Virus record (IMG/VR): IMGVR_UViG_3300050821_001955
Length of the DNA stretch: 64,000 nt
Reading direction: 5' to 3' (one strand)
DNA from: an uncultured virus (IMG/VR IMGVR_UViG_3300050821_001955)
Taxonomy: Duplodnaviria; Heunggongvirae; Uroviricota; Caudoviricetes
Each line of letters starts with the position of its first letter. Within the stretch, counting starts at the first letter, position 1. Below, piece by piece: positions 9,329 through 17,513 of this stretch. The notes beneath the pieces were generated by a model. The model did not search any database, was not told where the DNA came from, and saw only the letters and a program-made list of their open reading frames with translations. The position numbers were made by a program, and so were the translations under genes.

Positions 9329-10182
9329 TCGTCACCAAACCCGTTATACAGTTGTTTCGGCCTGCCTTCAAAGTGGAGAGTCTTAGTATACTTACTGAAC
9401 TCGCATAGGGTATTTTGTATATCAATCATTTCCATTCGATTAAATAGTTTACTAGGTAATTTCTTAGCATAGATTTTCTTAAGGTCTTGTAACTCCTCTA
9501 CAAACTGAGGCTCTTTGATATGTCCTCCGATACTTCTACCTAGTAAACGGTTCATACCCTTTTGAGATCCTGGACCTGGGGGTGCCCAGTCTTTAGCATC
9601 CTCCCAAGTACCTTCCATAGCCCATCGAAGATCTGCTACACATTGACCACTCATGAAATCCCCAAAACCGAATCGTTGTCTTAGCTCTCCCCAAGTAAGC
9701 TTCATAGAGTCCGTATGAATGATTATAGGGTTATCTACTAGCGGCTGAACAGTATAGTCCATTACCGAGCTTACTTTGTCGTCTGTTCCGCTATTCCCCC
9801 GAACCATGTAGGCGGCAGAGTAGATAGCAACTCCACTAGCTTTTAAGTCTCTCGCTATCTTCTTGATCTTCTCTAAATCCCATTTCTTTGGGAAACCTAT
9901 AGCCGTAAGAGTCTCTATCTTATTGAAGTGTCTAGCCATCGCTATAGCCGGTAGCATATTCTTATGACCAAAATTAGGAGTATACCAATTCTCTTGAAGC
10001 CATCGAGATACCTTATCGTCAGCACGAATCACGTTGCAAAAACGATAGGACTGAAAGATCAAGTCGTCTGTGTAAGGTAGCTTTTCTCCCGCTTCCTTTT
10101 TGAGTCGAATCGATTCACGTTCTCGACACCAGTACAATAGTTGCTCTATCCTAGACAGTCCCTTTACTAGCTCTACTTTCAT
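9325..10182 (-). CDS. 5-hydroxymethyluracil DNA kinase (aGPT-Pplase2 family)
   Basis: ERESIR, TDD.IFQSYRFCNV.R.DDKVS, RHFN, G.G.FMSGQ.VADL, GPGS.KG, IQNTLCEFSKY. Confidence 0.85.
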   Translation of the reverse strand: MKVELVKGLSRIEQLLYWCRERESIRLKKEAGEKLPYTDDLIFQSYRFCNVIRADDKVSRWLQENWYTPNFGHKNMLPAIAMARHFNKIETLTAIGFPKKWDLEKIKKIARDLKASGVAIYSAAYMVRGNSGTDDKVSSVMDYTVQPLVDNPIIIHTDSMKLTWGELRQRFGFGDFMSGQCVADLRWAMEGTWEDAKDWAPPGPGSQKGMNRLLGRSIGGHIKEPQFVEELQDLKKIYAKKLPSKLFNRMEMIDIQNTLCEFSKYTKTLHFEGRPKQLYNGFGDE

Positions 10183-10808
10183 ACTTTCCCTATCTTGACT
10201 AGATTTGATTTAACTACTCGCTCCGGTACGTTAGTTCCCATCGCTTCTTTCCAGTCTCTCTTAATCACGGGCTTCCAACCGTCATCTACTAAGAGTTGAT
10301 ATGTCTTAGGTCTAAGGATCTTGAGTAGGTTTGGATTCGTTACAAAGACTCTAAATATCTCCGCGAACCATTCAGCGTGGTTAGGACAGTAGTTAGTGAT
10401 TTTTGGTTCCTTAGTAGTCTCTTGTATCGCCTTACTATACTCCGACCAATATTTCCCCGTCGTGATATGCTTTACCTGTCCTCTATGTACGTCACAAGCA
10501 TGTCCTAGCTCGTGAGCTATAACTCCGAAAGGTTCCCTATCGATAGTGCTTCCTGGCCAAGTCCAATTCATAGACGTTTCTAACCCGCAAGGCCATCCGC
10601 AATGTTCTAGACAAATAGGAATCTTATTGAAACGGTAATAAGCACATACGCTAGAAAAATCCCAACTATCTTTAGGAGTAACTTCAACAGTAGGAATGGG
10701 AACATCGTTTACGTTACAAAACTCTTCCATGAGTTCTTTACCAAGTCCTAGTAGCTCTGTTTTGTCTTTAGGGAACGCTTTAGGAAGTCTAAATGCTATC
10801 CTTACCAT
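10179..10808 (-). CDS. Zincin-like HExxH metalloprotein
   Basis: IAHELGH plus downstream EWFAE third-ligand motif. Confidence 0.65.
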   Translation of the reverse strand: MVRIAFRLPKAFPKDKTELLGLGKELMEEFCNVNDVPIPTVEVTPKDSWDFSSVCAYYRFNKIPICLEHCGWPCGLETSMNWTWPGSTIDREPFGVIAHELGHACDVHRGQVKHITTGKYWSEYSKAIQETTKEPKITNYCPNHAEWFAEIFRVFVTNPNLLKILRPKTYQLLVDDGWKPVIKRDWKEAMGTNVPERVVKSNLVKIGKV

Positions 10809-10809
10809 T

Positions 10810-11037
10810 TTATACTCTCTCCCATCCTTTCTCTGCTGACTTAGCTCTATACCAAACTACTGTACTTCTCTCGTCTAATCCTATTTTAAGTACCGGATAT
10901 TCTCCCCTCTCTACCTTAAATTCTATAGATGTAATACTATCCCATTGTTCTTGAGTTAGTCCCGATTCTTCCTGAGATAAATCTAAGTGACTTAGAGTCT
11001 CATTAACCGGAACTTGATCAGGTAGGTAGTCTTTCAT
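10810..11037 (-). CDS. Hypothetical protein
   Basis: Tightly packed ORF. Confidence 0.5.
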   Translation of the reverse strand: MKDYLPDQVPVNETLSHLDLSQEESGLTQEQWDSITSIEFKVERGEYPVLKIGLDERSTVVWYRAKSAEKGWERV

Positions 11038-11726
11038 AACTCTTCTACTTTCTTAGGCGGTCTAGTACCTCTACAACGTTGACATAGAGGTAGAAAGGAA
11101 TTCTCTCCACATTTCTCACAACTTTGCATTTTCCTACCAATTCTCTTTTTCGCTCCTTCTGATATTCTTTTTCTTGTATGAGCCGATAGGGATATTTTTC
11201 CGGTCCTATAGGCTTCCTTAAGTCCCTCTGATACTTTCTTGTTCCTCTCCGGCGTTGTATTCCATCTAACTCTACCAGAGTTTTCCTTCTTAGTTAGCCA
11301 TCTACAATTTTCTTTATCATAATCTCCATCCGGGTCTTCTCGATCTAGAGAATGTTCTATTGATGGACGGTCTCCCATATCCTCTAAGAAGTTAGCAAAT
11401 ATAAGCCATCTCTCGCAAATCTTTATCCCTTTATAACATTTTTGTTTTTTATCTTCGGGTAGGTAGAAGCATCTAGCTAGCATAGCCTTCCAAGAGATAT
11501 GAGTCAGTTTATGGGCTTCTCTCAACTCTTTTGGAGTAGTGATTAAGTATTTCTTACGTTTCTTAGTACAACCACAACACTTATTTGATTCTCTATTTAG
11601 TTGAAACGTAGTTAGCTTAACCTCATTACCGCATTCACATAAACACCACCAGCTATAGCCCCTTGGCCCTTCTCCCGCTAGTCTCTTTACCTGTAACTTA
11701 CCAAATACTCTACCGATCATTACCAC
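11034..11726 (-). CDS. HNH-type homing endonuclease with NUMOD3-like repeats
   Basis: W.C.CECG, ICERW..F.NFLEDMG.RP, SLDR...DGDY.KENCRW; RKRISE. Confidence 0.85.
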   Translation of the reverse strand: MVMIGRVFGKLQVKRLAGEGPRGYSWWCLCECGNEVKLTTFQLNRESNKCCGCTKKRKKYLITTPKELREAHKLTHISWKAMLARCFYLPEDKKQKCYKGIKICERWLIFANFLEDMGDRPSIEHSLDREDPDGDYDKENCRWLTKKENSGRVRWNTTPERNKKVSEGLKEAYRTGKISLSAHTRKRISEGAKKRIGRKMQSCEKCGENSFLPLCQRCRGTRPPKKVEEL

Positions 11727-11753
11727 GATTACTCCTTAAGTAATCCTTGAAAA

Positions 11754-11812
11754 TAAGTAGGGACAGTCGCTCAAGGTCAGCGATTTTCGGTTGCAAGCCT
11801 AGTCCCTACTTA
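11754..11812 (-). ncRNA. Putative three-way-junction structured RNA upstream of the HNH gene
   Basis: 11-bp outer stem taagtagggac/gtccctactta with an internal gtcgct/agcgat stem. Confidence 0.45.
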
Positions 11813-11817
11813 ATATA

Positions 11818-13929
11818 TTAGTCTCCTTTAGCCCAGTTTTCTTTGTGACACGTAACCGCCACCTTTAGAGGTATTCCGAAATCATCTCCGGATAATTCCA
11901 TAAGAGATTGTACCTTATCAATTATAGCTACGTTCTCTTCTTCGTTATCCGGAAAGTCCACGACTATTTCATCGTGCACTTGAAGCACCATATGATGATC
12001 CGGTAGGGTTTTAAGATACTCGGATACTCTTACCATAGCTTTAGCCGTCGCCCACATGGCAGATGATTGGATATGATAATTCAAGGGTAATGTCGGTGAA
12101 ATACTACCGTAGTTACTCCTAGAGCAATAAATCGGATAACCCCTCTTAGGATTAACCGTCTTATCGGGAATTGTTTCTACATAGCCGTGTTTGTTAGCGA
12201 AGTTGATTAGACTTTGATTTAGCTTAGAGTGTTCTTTGAGTCTTTCCTTAACTGCTTTATAGCTACCCGCTCTTTTAGCCGTAGCGTCTGCTTTCGCTTC
12301 TTGTGCTCCGTAAGCAATACTGAACCCAAAGTTTTTTACCCATTGATACCACGTAGAGGCGTACTTTTTCTTAAATTCGCCTTTCTTCTCGGCTAACGGC
12401 CAAAACAAGTCCGGGTAGATAATACTAGCGTTCATCAAATGATAGCTTCCAAAAAACGGGGGATCATCCGGTTTCTCGAATAGTTCTATCATAATCCGTT
12501 CGTTAGATTCAAAAGCCGGCAATCTTAGTTCTACATTTTCGTAGTCAAGTGAGTACCAGATTCTACCAGGAGCAGGACCAAAGCAATACCTAAGCGTAAA
12601 ATCCTCTTGCTTACTTATGTTCTGACTGTTGGGGTTCGAGCTACTCCATCTCAAAGTATCTGTCCCCGTAGCGTTCAAAGACGGAAACAACCGATACCAA
12701 TCTTCCTCTCCTTCTACCGGCTTCCAAAAATTCCGATAACCCATCATGTAATTTGAAGCAGTGTCTCTTTGTCTCTTACCTCTCAATGACTTTACAAACG
12801 TTAGTTGTTTACTATTCGGAGAGAGTACCGCTGTATAGTGCTCTAGAACCTCTTTATCTAGCGACGGTTCTCCCGTCTTCTTACTCCTTGTAATCGGCTC
12901 CAGCCCTAAATACTGAGTCGTCTTAGTCACTATCCCTTCCGGACTCAGGGCTAACCCGTTCCCCTTAAATATTTCATGACTCGATACAGGAGTTACCGTA
13001 GTGTCTATCTCTTCAGTTACTCCAAAGCAAAATCCTACTAGAGATTTATTATTCCCAGATTTAGGAAGCTCTAAATCATAACCGTAGGACTTAGCGATAT
13101 TAGTACAGATTCTTCCCGCTCTCTCGGATTCCTCTTTGAACCTTACCTTTAGCTCGTCAAGTCGAGTCTTAGAGATAGTGACTCCGTATTCTTCCATCTC
13201 GTAAGCTACCGGGAGAAGCTTTAACCGCTCTCGATAAATCTCTACTAGTCCCCGTTGCTCAATAATCTCTCTTAGCCTTAAGAAGATCGGTAGAGTTACA
13301 GCCGAGTCAGCGTTGCTATACTCTTCTAAGACTCTCCACCAAGGATGATCGTCAGGGTAGTTCTTTTCCTTAGCGATAGCCCGAGGAAGCCACATATCTG
13401 CCGATGCACATTTATCCTTTACGCTAGGCATCTCAGGTAGCCCTTTTTTAGCGATTCTCCAATCTGGGAATTCACTGCGAGCCATTCTGCGAGCTTCATT
13501 ACAAGCTTTCTTAATCCTCTCTTCATAAGGTTGGATATTTACTCCAAGATGCACTAGAGCAAGAGCAGTGAGATTCTTAGGTTGATTAGAAGCTACTAGG
13601 TGAGCTTGGATAAGAGTATCTTCAATCCTACTCCAGACTTTATCCGGATGCTCTATACCTATACTTCTCTCAGCTTTTACGTCGAACTTAGAGTTTTGAT
13701 AGATCCAAGTATCATAACCGTTACAATACTCTCCTATCTCTCGTAAGTCTTCTTCTAGCCAAGTTACCTCCCTAGTTGTAGGCTCAACTTCTCCTTCCCA
13801 ATAAGCTTGCTCTCCTAGTTCATTACATGTGGTTAAGAAAAAAGCTTGAGTGCCGTGTTTGAAATCCAGTCCTGTCGTTTCAGAATCTTTTGAGAGTAGT
13901 TTAGGTTTTCTAGGGGTAATCTTTACCAA
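11818..13929 (-). CDS. polA: DNA polymerase family A with 3'-5' exonuclease domain
   Basis: DSETTG exoI, NSKFD exoII, TLRWSSSNPNSQNI, LDYENVELR motif A, KNFGFSIAYG motif B, QVHDEI motif C. Confidence 0.95.
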   Translation of the reverse strand: MVKITPRKPKLLSKDSETTGLDFKHGTQAFFLTTCNELGEQAYWEGEVEPTTREVTWLEEDLREIGEYCNGYDTWIYQNSKFDVKAERSIGIEHPDKVWSRIEDTLIQAHLVASNQPKNLTALALVHLGVNIQPYEERIKKACNEARRMARSEFPDWRIAKKGLPEMPSVKDKCASADMWLPRAIAKEKNYPDDHPWWRVLEEYSNADSAVTLPIFLRLREIIEQRGLVEIYRERLKLLPVAYEMEEYGVTISKTRLDELKVRFKEESERAGRICTNIAKSYGYDLELPKSGNNKSLVGFCFGVTEEIDTTVTPVSSHEIFKGNGLALSPEGIVTKTTQYLGLEPITRSKKTGEPSLDKEVLEHYTAVLSPNSKQLTFVKSLRGKRQRDTASNYMMGYRNFWKPVEGEEDWYRLFPSLNATGTDTLRWSSSNPNSQNISKQEDFTLRYCFGPAPGRIWYSLDYENVELRLPAFESNERIMIELFEKPDDPPFFGSYHLMNASIIYPDLFWPLAEKKGEFKKKYASTWYQWVKNFGFSIAYGAQEAKADATAKRAGSYKAVKERLKEHSKLNQSLINFANKHGYVETIPDKTVNPKRGYPIYCSRSNYGSISPTLPLNYHIQSSAMWATAKAMVRVSEYLKTLPDHHMVLQVHDEIVVDFPDNEEENVAIIDKVQSLMELSGDDFGIPLKVAVTCHKENWAKGD

Positions 13930-13935
13930 GATAAA

Positions 13936-14079
13936 CTACTTTCTATATCCCGTTCCGGAACAAATAGGACAAGTCGCGTTTCCTTTACTTTGTCTTCCGC
14001 TGCCTTGACACGCCACGCATTTGGCTCTCTTAGCTATGATCTTCTTTACCGACTTACGCGGGAGAGGAGCTTGTACCAT
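13936..14079 (-). CDS. Small DnaJ-type zinc-finger protein (47 aa, not in ORF track)
   Basis: MVQAPLPRKS...CVACQGSG...CPICSGTG; GGAG-rich RBS upstream. Confidence 0.65.
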   Translation of the reverse strand: MVQAPLPRKSVKKIIAKRAKCVACQGSGRQSKGNATCPICSGTGYRK

Positions 14080-14225
14080 TACCTTCTCCTCCTAGTAACA
14101 GAGTGATTATATATTTTCGTCTAGCTTTATTAGCCTCTCTCTTTTGTCTAAATACTCCCGGTACTTTTTTCTTCTCTCGTTTATGGGACTTACTTTTCAT
14201 ACTCTTTCCCTTTCTAATAGAGAAA

Positions 14226-14296
14226 TCTCTCCAGGTAGAGTCGAACTACCAACGGTCCCTTATAAGGAGACTGATTGACCGTTAAGCTATGGAGAG
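14226..14296 (-). tRNA. tRNA-Ile(UAU)
   Basis: Acceptor CTCTCCA/TGGAGAG, anticodon arm GTCTC-CTTATAA-GGGAC, T arm GGTAG-TTCGACT-CTACC; D arm weak. Confidence 0.75.
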
Positions 14297-14301
14297 CTAA
14301 A

Positions 14302-14571
14302 TTATTCTCGCGATTTATCAGGAGGATAGCAATCTATTACTTTAGTATGATCCCATTCATCTATACAAAAATCGCAAACTAGATTACCGCACCATCCGCA
14401 ACTTCTTACATAATCCGAAGCTTTACCACAAGTAGGACACTTTACTACTTCTCTACCAGATACACTCTCTAATCGCTTATCAAAACAGTCTTGACAGATT
14501 AGATCATTCTCTTGAGCTACGACTAGAAGATAGAGAGGGAGTTTACAATCGAAACAAAAACCTAGAGTCAT
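14302..14571 (-). CDS. Cys-rich zinc-finger protein
   Basis: Multiple CxxC motifs. Confidence 0.55.
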   Translation of the reverse strand: MTLGFCFDCKLPLYLLVVAQENDLICQDCFDKRLESVSGREVVKCPTCGKASDYVRSCGWCGNLVCDFCIDEWDHTKVIDCYPPDKSRE

Positions 14572-14592
14572 GCTAGTGTTCCTATACTTTAA

Positions 14593-14666
14593 TGAGATCG
14601 GTAAGACTTGAACTTACAACCCCTAGCATGTAAAGCTAGTGCTCTAACCAATTGAGCTACGATCCC
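14593..14666 (-). tRNA. tRNA-Val(UAC)
   Basis: GGGATCG-TAGCTCAATTGGTTAGAGC, CTAGC-TTTACAT-GCTAG, GTAAG-TTCAAGT-CTTAC. Confidence 0.9.
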
Positions 14667-14671
14667 CTAAA

Positions 14672-14780
14672 CGGTTCCGGTACGGATCGAACGTACATCT
14701 CGGGTTATCCCCAACTAGAGTATCTAGAAATCTAGTTGATCTCCCCAGCGACCTATTCCTAAATTTTAGCCTACGGAACC
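14672..14780 (-). ncRNA. tRNA-like RNA with a greatly extended anticodon arm
   Basis: Acceptor GGTTCCG/CGGAACC and T arm GTACG-TTCGATC-CGTAC; anticodon region replaced by a ~49-nt long hairpin. Confidence 0.65.
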
Positions 14781-14783
14781 AAA

Positions 14784-14870
14784 CCCGGTTTTGTTGCCCT
14801 AGCATAACCGGAAAGCTAGTTGCAACTTTCTTTGTTGAGAGGAGTCAGACTCAACTTGGAAAGATGGCAA
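14784..14870 (-). ncRNA. Putative pseudoknotted three-way-junction RNA upstream of the tRNA cluster
   Basis: Stems TTGCC/GGCAA, CTTTC/GAAAG + GTTGAG/CTCAAC, CTAGC/GCTAG; loop TCCGGTT complementary to downstream AACCGGG. Confidence 0.5.
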
Positions 14871-14879
14871 GCCTAAATA

Positions 14880-16187
14880 CTAAGTAGCTTCTTCTAATTT
14901 ATCAAAAGCTATACCCGCAAATTTCTTCCCCGTATCCAAATTCTTCACCGTACAGGTCTTAGTAGCCTCGTCAATCTTAGTGATCTCCACTTCAGTCGCT
15001 TTCTTAGCATCTTTGAATTTGTAGAGAAACACTCCTCCTACTTCCGGAACAAACTCTTGCTCTTCTTCCGCTTCCTCCTCTTCAACAGCTTCTTCTGTCT
15101 CTCCTCCTTGTTCCGAAATAGCAGTAGCGAGACTAGCCCAGCTATCCGGATAGTCGTCAAGAGAGAGTCCTGCTGCTTCCGCTAGCTCCGTAAGAGAATT
15201 AATAGATTCTTCATCTCCTTCGTCAGCTTGACTACCGAGAGTATCGTAGTCTACCGTTTCTCCTTCCTCCGTAGCTTCCTCCTCCGCTTCCGGCTTTTCG
15301 TCTTTAGCACTAGCCTCTCGAATAAGATCCGCCACTTCCGTCCAATTAGCGGCGGCATCAACTTTCTTCTTAGGAATGTTAAAGAGCTTAGCTTGAGAGT
15401 CTAACGCCCGTTGAGCCTCTTGAGTATCTTCGTCATCATCTCCGCTATCCGCCCTAGCCGCTAAGAGAGCAAATTCGTCCTCATCCGATTCTTCCGGTTC
15501 CGGAGTAGAGGGTTTTCCCTTCGTAGACGCTTTAGGAGCGGAAGTAGGGGTAGAGGTAGACTTAGGCTTCTCTTCTACCGCTTCTTCCTCTGTAGCTTCG
15601 GGAGATTCGTCCTCTACTCCACTATCCCCGGAATCCGTATACTCGCATACACCCCGCCAATCGTGATTAACTCGTGGGTTCGGGAAAGCATCGGTTTTCT
15701 CTCCCTTCCAAGTACGAAAACGAAAGAACGGTTTTGTCTCTTTAAGAGCGTTAGCCGTAGCTTCAAGATTCTCTCCGCTAAGCTCTGCTCCTTCCGCTCC
15801 TAGCTTCCGAAGTTCATCGGTCACGTACTTGACATGATCGTCTAGAGTCTTTTTCTTTCCCATCGCTTTAGGAGTATCACAAATCGGTTCCGGTCCAATC
15901 TGAGTCCGGAGTCCCTTAATCGGAATCATACTTCCGTTACCATCGGTAATTTCCTCCGGAGACATTACTACTCCGGCCGCATAGAAGAAGTATTCTCCCT
16001 TATTGTCTCCTTCCTTATAGACCGAGAATTTACAATCGACTAGCTGAGCGATACCGAAGTCGATCCCAGCCGGAAGATCGATTCCCCCCGCTAGTACAAT
16101 TTCGTCCTCTCGATGAGCTTCTACTGCCGTAGCTAATTTAGCTCCCAACTTACCGAACAATCCACTAGTAGTGCGTTTTACTGGCAT
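14880..16187 (-). CDS. Acidic protein, putative ssDNA-binding/replication accessory protein
   Basis: Beta-rich N-terminal domain and long acidic linker; located between the Sak4-like ATPase and the polymerase. Confidence 0.45.
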   Translation of the reverse strand: MPVKRTTSGLFGKLGAKLATAVEAHREDEIVLAGGIDLPAGIDFGIAQLVDCKFSVYKEGDNKGEYFFYAAGVVMSPEEITDGNGSMIPIKGLRTQIGPEPICDTPKAMGKKKTLDDHVKYVTDELRKLGAEGAELSGENLEATANALKETKPFFRFRTWKGEKTDAFPNPRVNHDWRGVCEYTDSGDSGVEDESPEATEEEAVEEKPKSTSTPTSAPKASTKGKPSTPEPEESDEDEFALLAARADSGDDDEDTQEAQRALDSQAKLFNIPKKKVDAAANWTEVADLIREASAKDEKPEAEEEATEEGETVDYDTLGSQADEGDEESINSLTELAEAAGLSLDDYPDSWASLATAISEQGGETEEAVEEEEAEEEQEFVPEVGGVFLYKFKDAKKATEVEITKIDEATKTCTVKNLDTGKKFAGIAFDKLEEAT

Positions 16188-16225
16188 CTCATTCCTCTTT
16201 GCTATTAGAAACTAGTTGACTAGAC

Positions 16226-16423
16226 CTATCCCGAATTCTTAGCTGCTTCGTTCTCTTTTTGAATCGCTTCCCATACTTCTCTACGATGTACCGGAGTATC
16301 TCTAGATGCTTCTATTCCGATACGTACCCTATCTCCTCTCACTTGAACTACTTTGACTACTATAGTCTCCTTTTCTGTTATGATTAGTATCTCTTCATCG
16401 ACCGTCCTTTGTAAGACTAAAAT
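16226..16423 (-). CDS. csrA: Carbon storage regulator CsrA homolog, ATT start (not in ORF track)
   Basis: (M)LVLQRTVDEEILI...V.VVQVRGDRVRIGIEASRDTPVHRREVW; AAGGAG 7 nt upstream of ATT. Confidence 0.9.
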   Translation of the reverse strand: MLVLQRTVDEEILIITEKETIVVKVVQVRGDRVRIGIEASRDTPVHRREVWEAIQKENEAAKNSG

Positions 16424-16470
16424 GGTATTACTCCTTTCTTTAGATTGAAGGAATCTATGATTACTTCTTT

Positions 16471-17511
16471 CTACTGTTCTCCGTTGATTAAAGCCATCAC
16501 TGATTCGTAACTAGGATTTACAAGGCAATCGGGTAGCTCTGTGCCTTTTGGTACTCTGAATTTTGTAGTAAACACGTCATGAGGAGCGGTTCTAAGACAG
16601 TACTCTACCCCGGATGCTCTCACGTTCTGAATAGTAGTTTTTCCTCCTAGAGTTATTTTATTCTGTTTCATCTTAGGACGTTTAAACGTTTGACAAATAT
16701 AGTCGCAAGCCGGATTAAGCCATCCGGTAAGAGAAGGAGTCAACGCCGCACCTACTACGGGAGTTTGAATCTCACTGTCCCCGTTTTCATCTCCCCCAAA
16801 AGTTCTTTCCTGAGCGATAAGAACAGTATTACACTCTAAGTCTAGTAGCCCGCGAAAGACCTCTTTTGACTGGGCTGTACTTTGTCCGTACTGTTGCTGA
16901 CTTGCCAAACCCCAGGACTTCTGAGTAGGTAGTTCATCTAGTCCTAGAATCTCTTTCAACGTTAGATCCTGTAGACCCGAACAATGATCTAGTATAACGG
17001 TCTTGAAATGATTCTCTTGTCTAAGAGTCTTAATAAGTTCTACCGCATCCGCTACAGAATTGATAGTGAGAGTCTTAATCCGCTTACGGTTCTCCGGAGT
17101 ATTGATTGAACGTAGCTCACCTGGATTCTTTAGACTAGAACAGATAAGAGCTAGGATCGGACTGGGCCATGTACTCCAAAATGTCGTCTTACCACTACCA
17201 CTCATACCGTAGACTAGCATCTTAATTCCATCGTCTCTGTCAAACCCCATAGGCTTAATACGAGACATAATCCCGGTACTACTTACTTTTTTAATTACAC
17301 CTTTTGGTCCCTGCTTACTAACTACAGGCATATGGTTTATCCTTGAAGATAGACTTCGGTGAGAGAAAGCGGGAGGAAATCTAGTCCCGTCGTAGTCGTA
17401 TAAAACATCTTCTACTCCAGCTTCTAACGCTGATTCAAAAGTATCGTGACGAGTATAAAGTTCATCATAGTCTGCTATTTCTTCTAGAGCATAGTCAGCC
17501 ATCTCTCCCAT
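16471..17511 (-). CDS. Sak4-like AAA ATPase / ssDNA-annealing recombinase (probable internal start at 17331)
   Basis: MLVYGMSGSGKTT Walker A, TVILDH Walker B, IAQER; adjacent to a PD-(D/E)xK nuclease. Confidence 0.75.
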   Translation of the reverse strand: MGEMADYALEEIADYDELYTRHDTFESALEAGVEDVLYDYDGTRFPPAFSHRSLSSRINHMPVVSKQGPKGVIKKVSSTGIMSRIKPMGFDRDDGIKMLVYGMSGSGKTTFWSTWPSPILALICSSLKNPGELRSINTPENRKRIKTLTINSVADAVELIKTLRQENHFKTVILDHCSGLQDLTLKEILGLDELPTQKSWGLASQQQYGQSTAQSKEVFRGLLDLECNTVLIAQERTFGGDENGDSEIQTPVVGAALTPSLTGWLNPACDYICQTFKRPKMKQNKITLGGKTTIQNVRASGVEYCLRTAPHDVFTTKFRVPKGTELPDCLVNPSYESVMALINGEQ

Positions 17512-17513
17512 AA

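Noticed and set aside
12900..13030. Possible intein or intron in the DNA polymerase
   Set aside because: Only a short ~35-aa insertion with no intein terminal motifs; the frame is continuous.
14700..14740. CTA in the loop of the tRNA-like RNA suggesting an amber suppressor or TAG recoding
   Set aside because: Many genes end cleanly at TAG with the next gene starting immediately, long genes are not broken by TAG, and the loop is not a canonical 7-nt anticodon loop.
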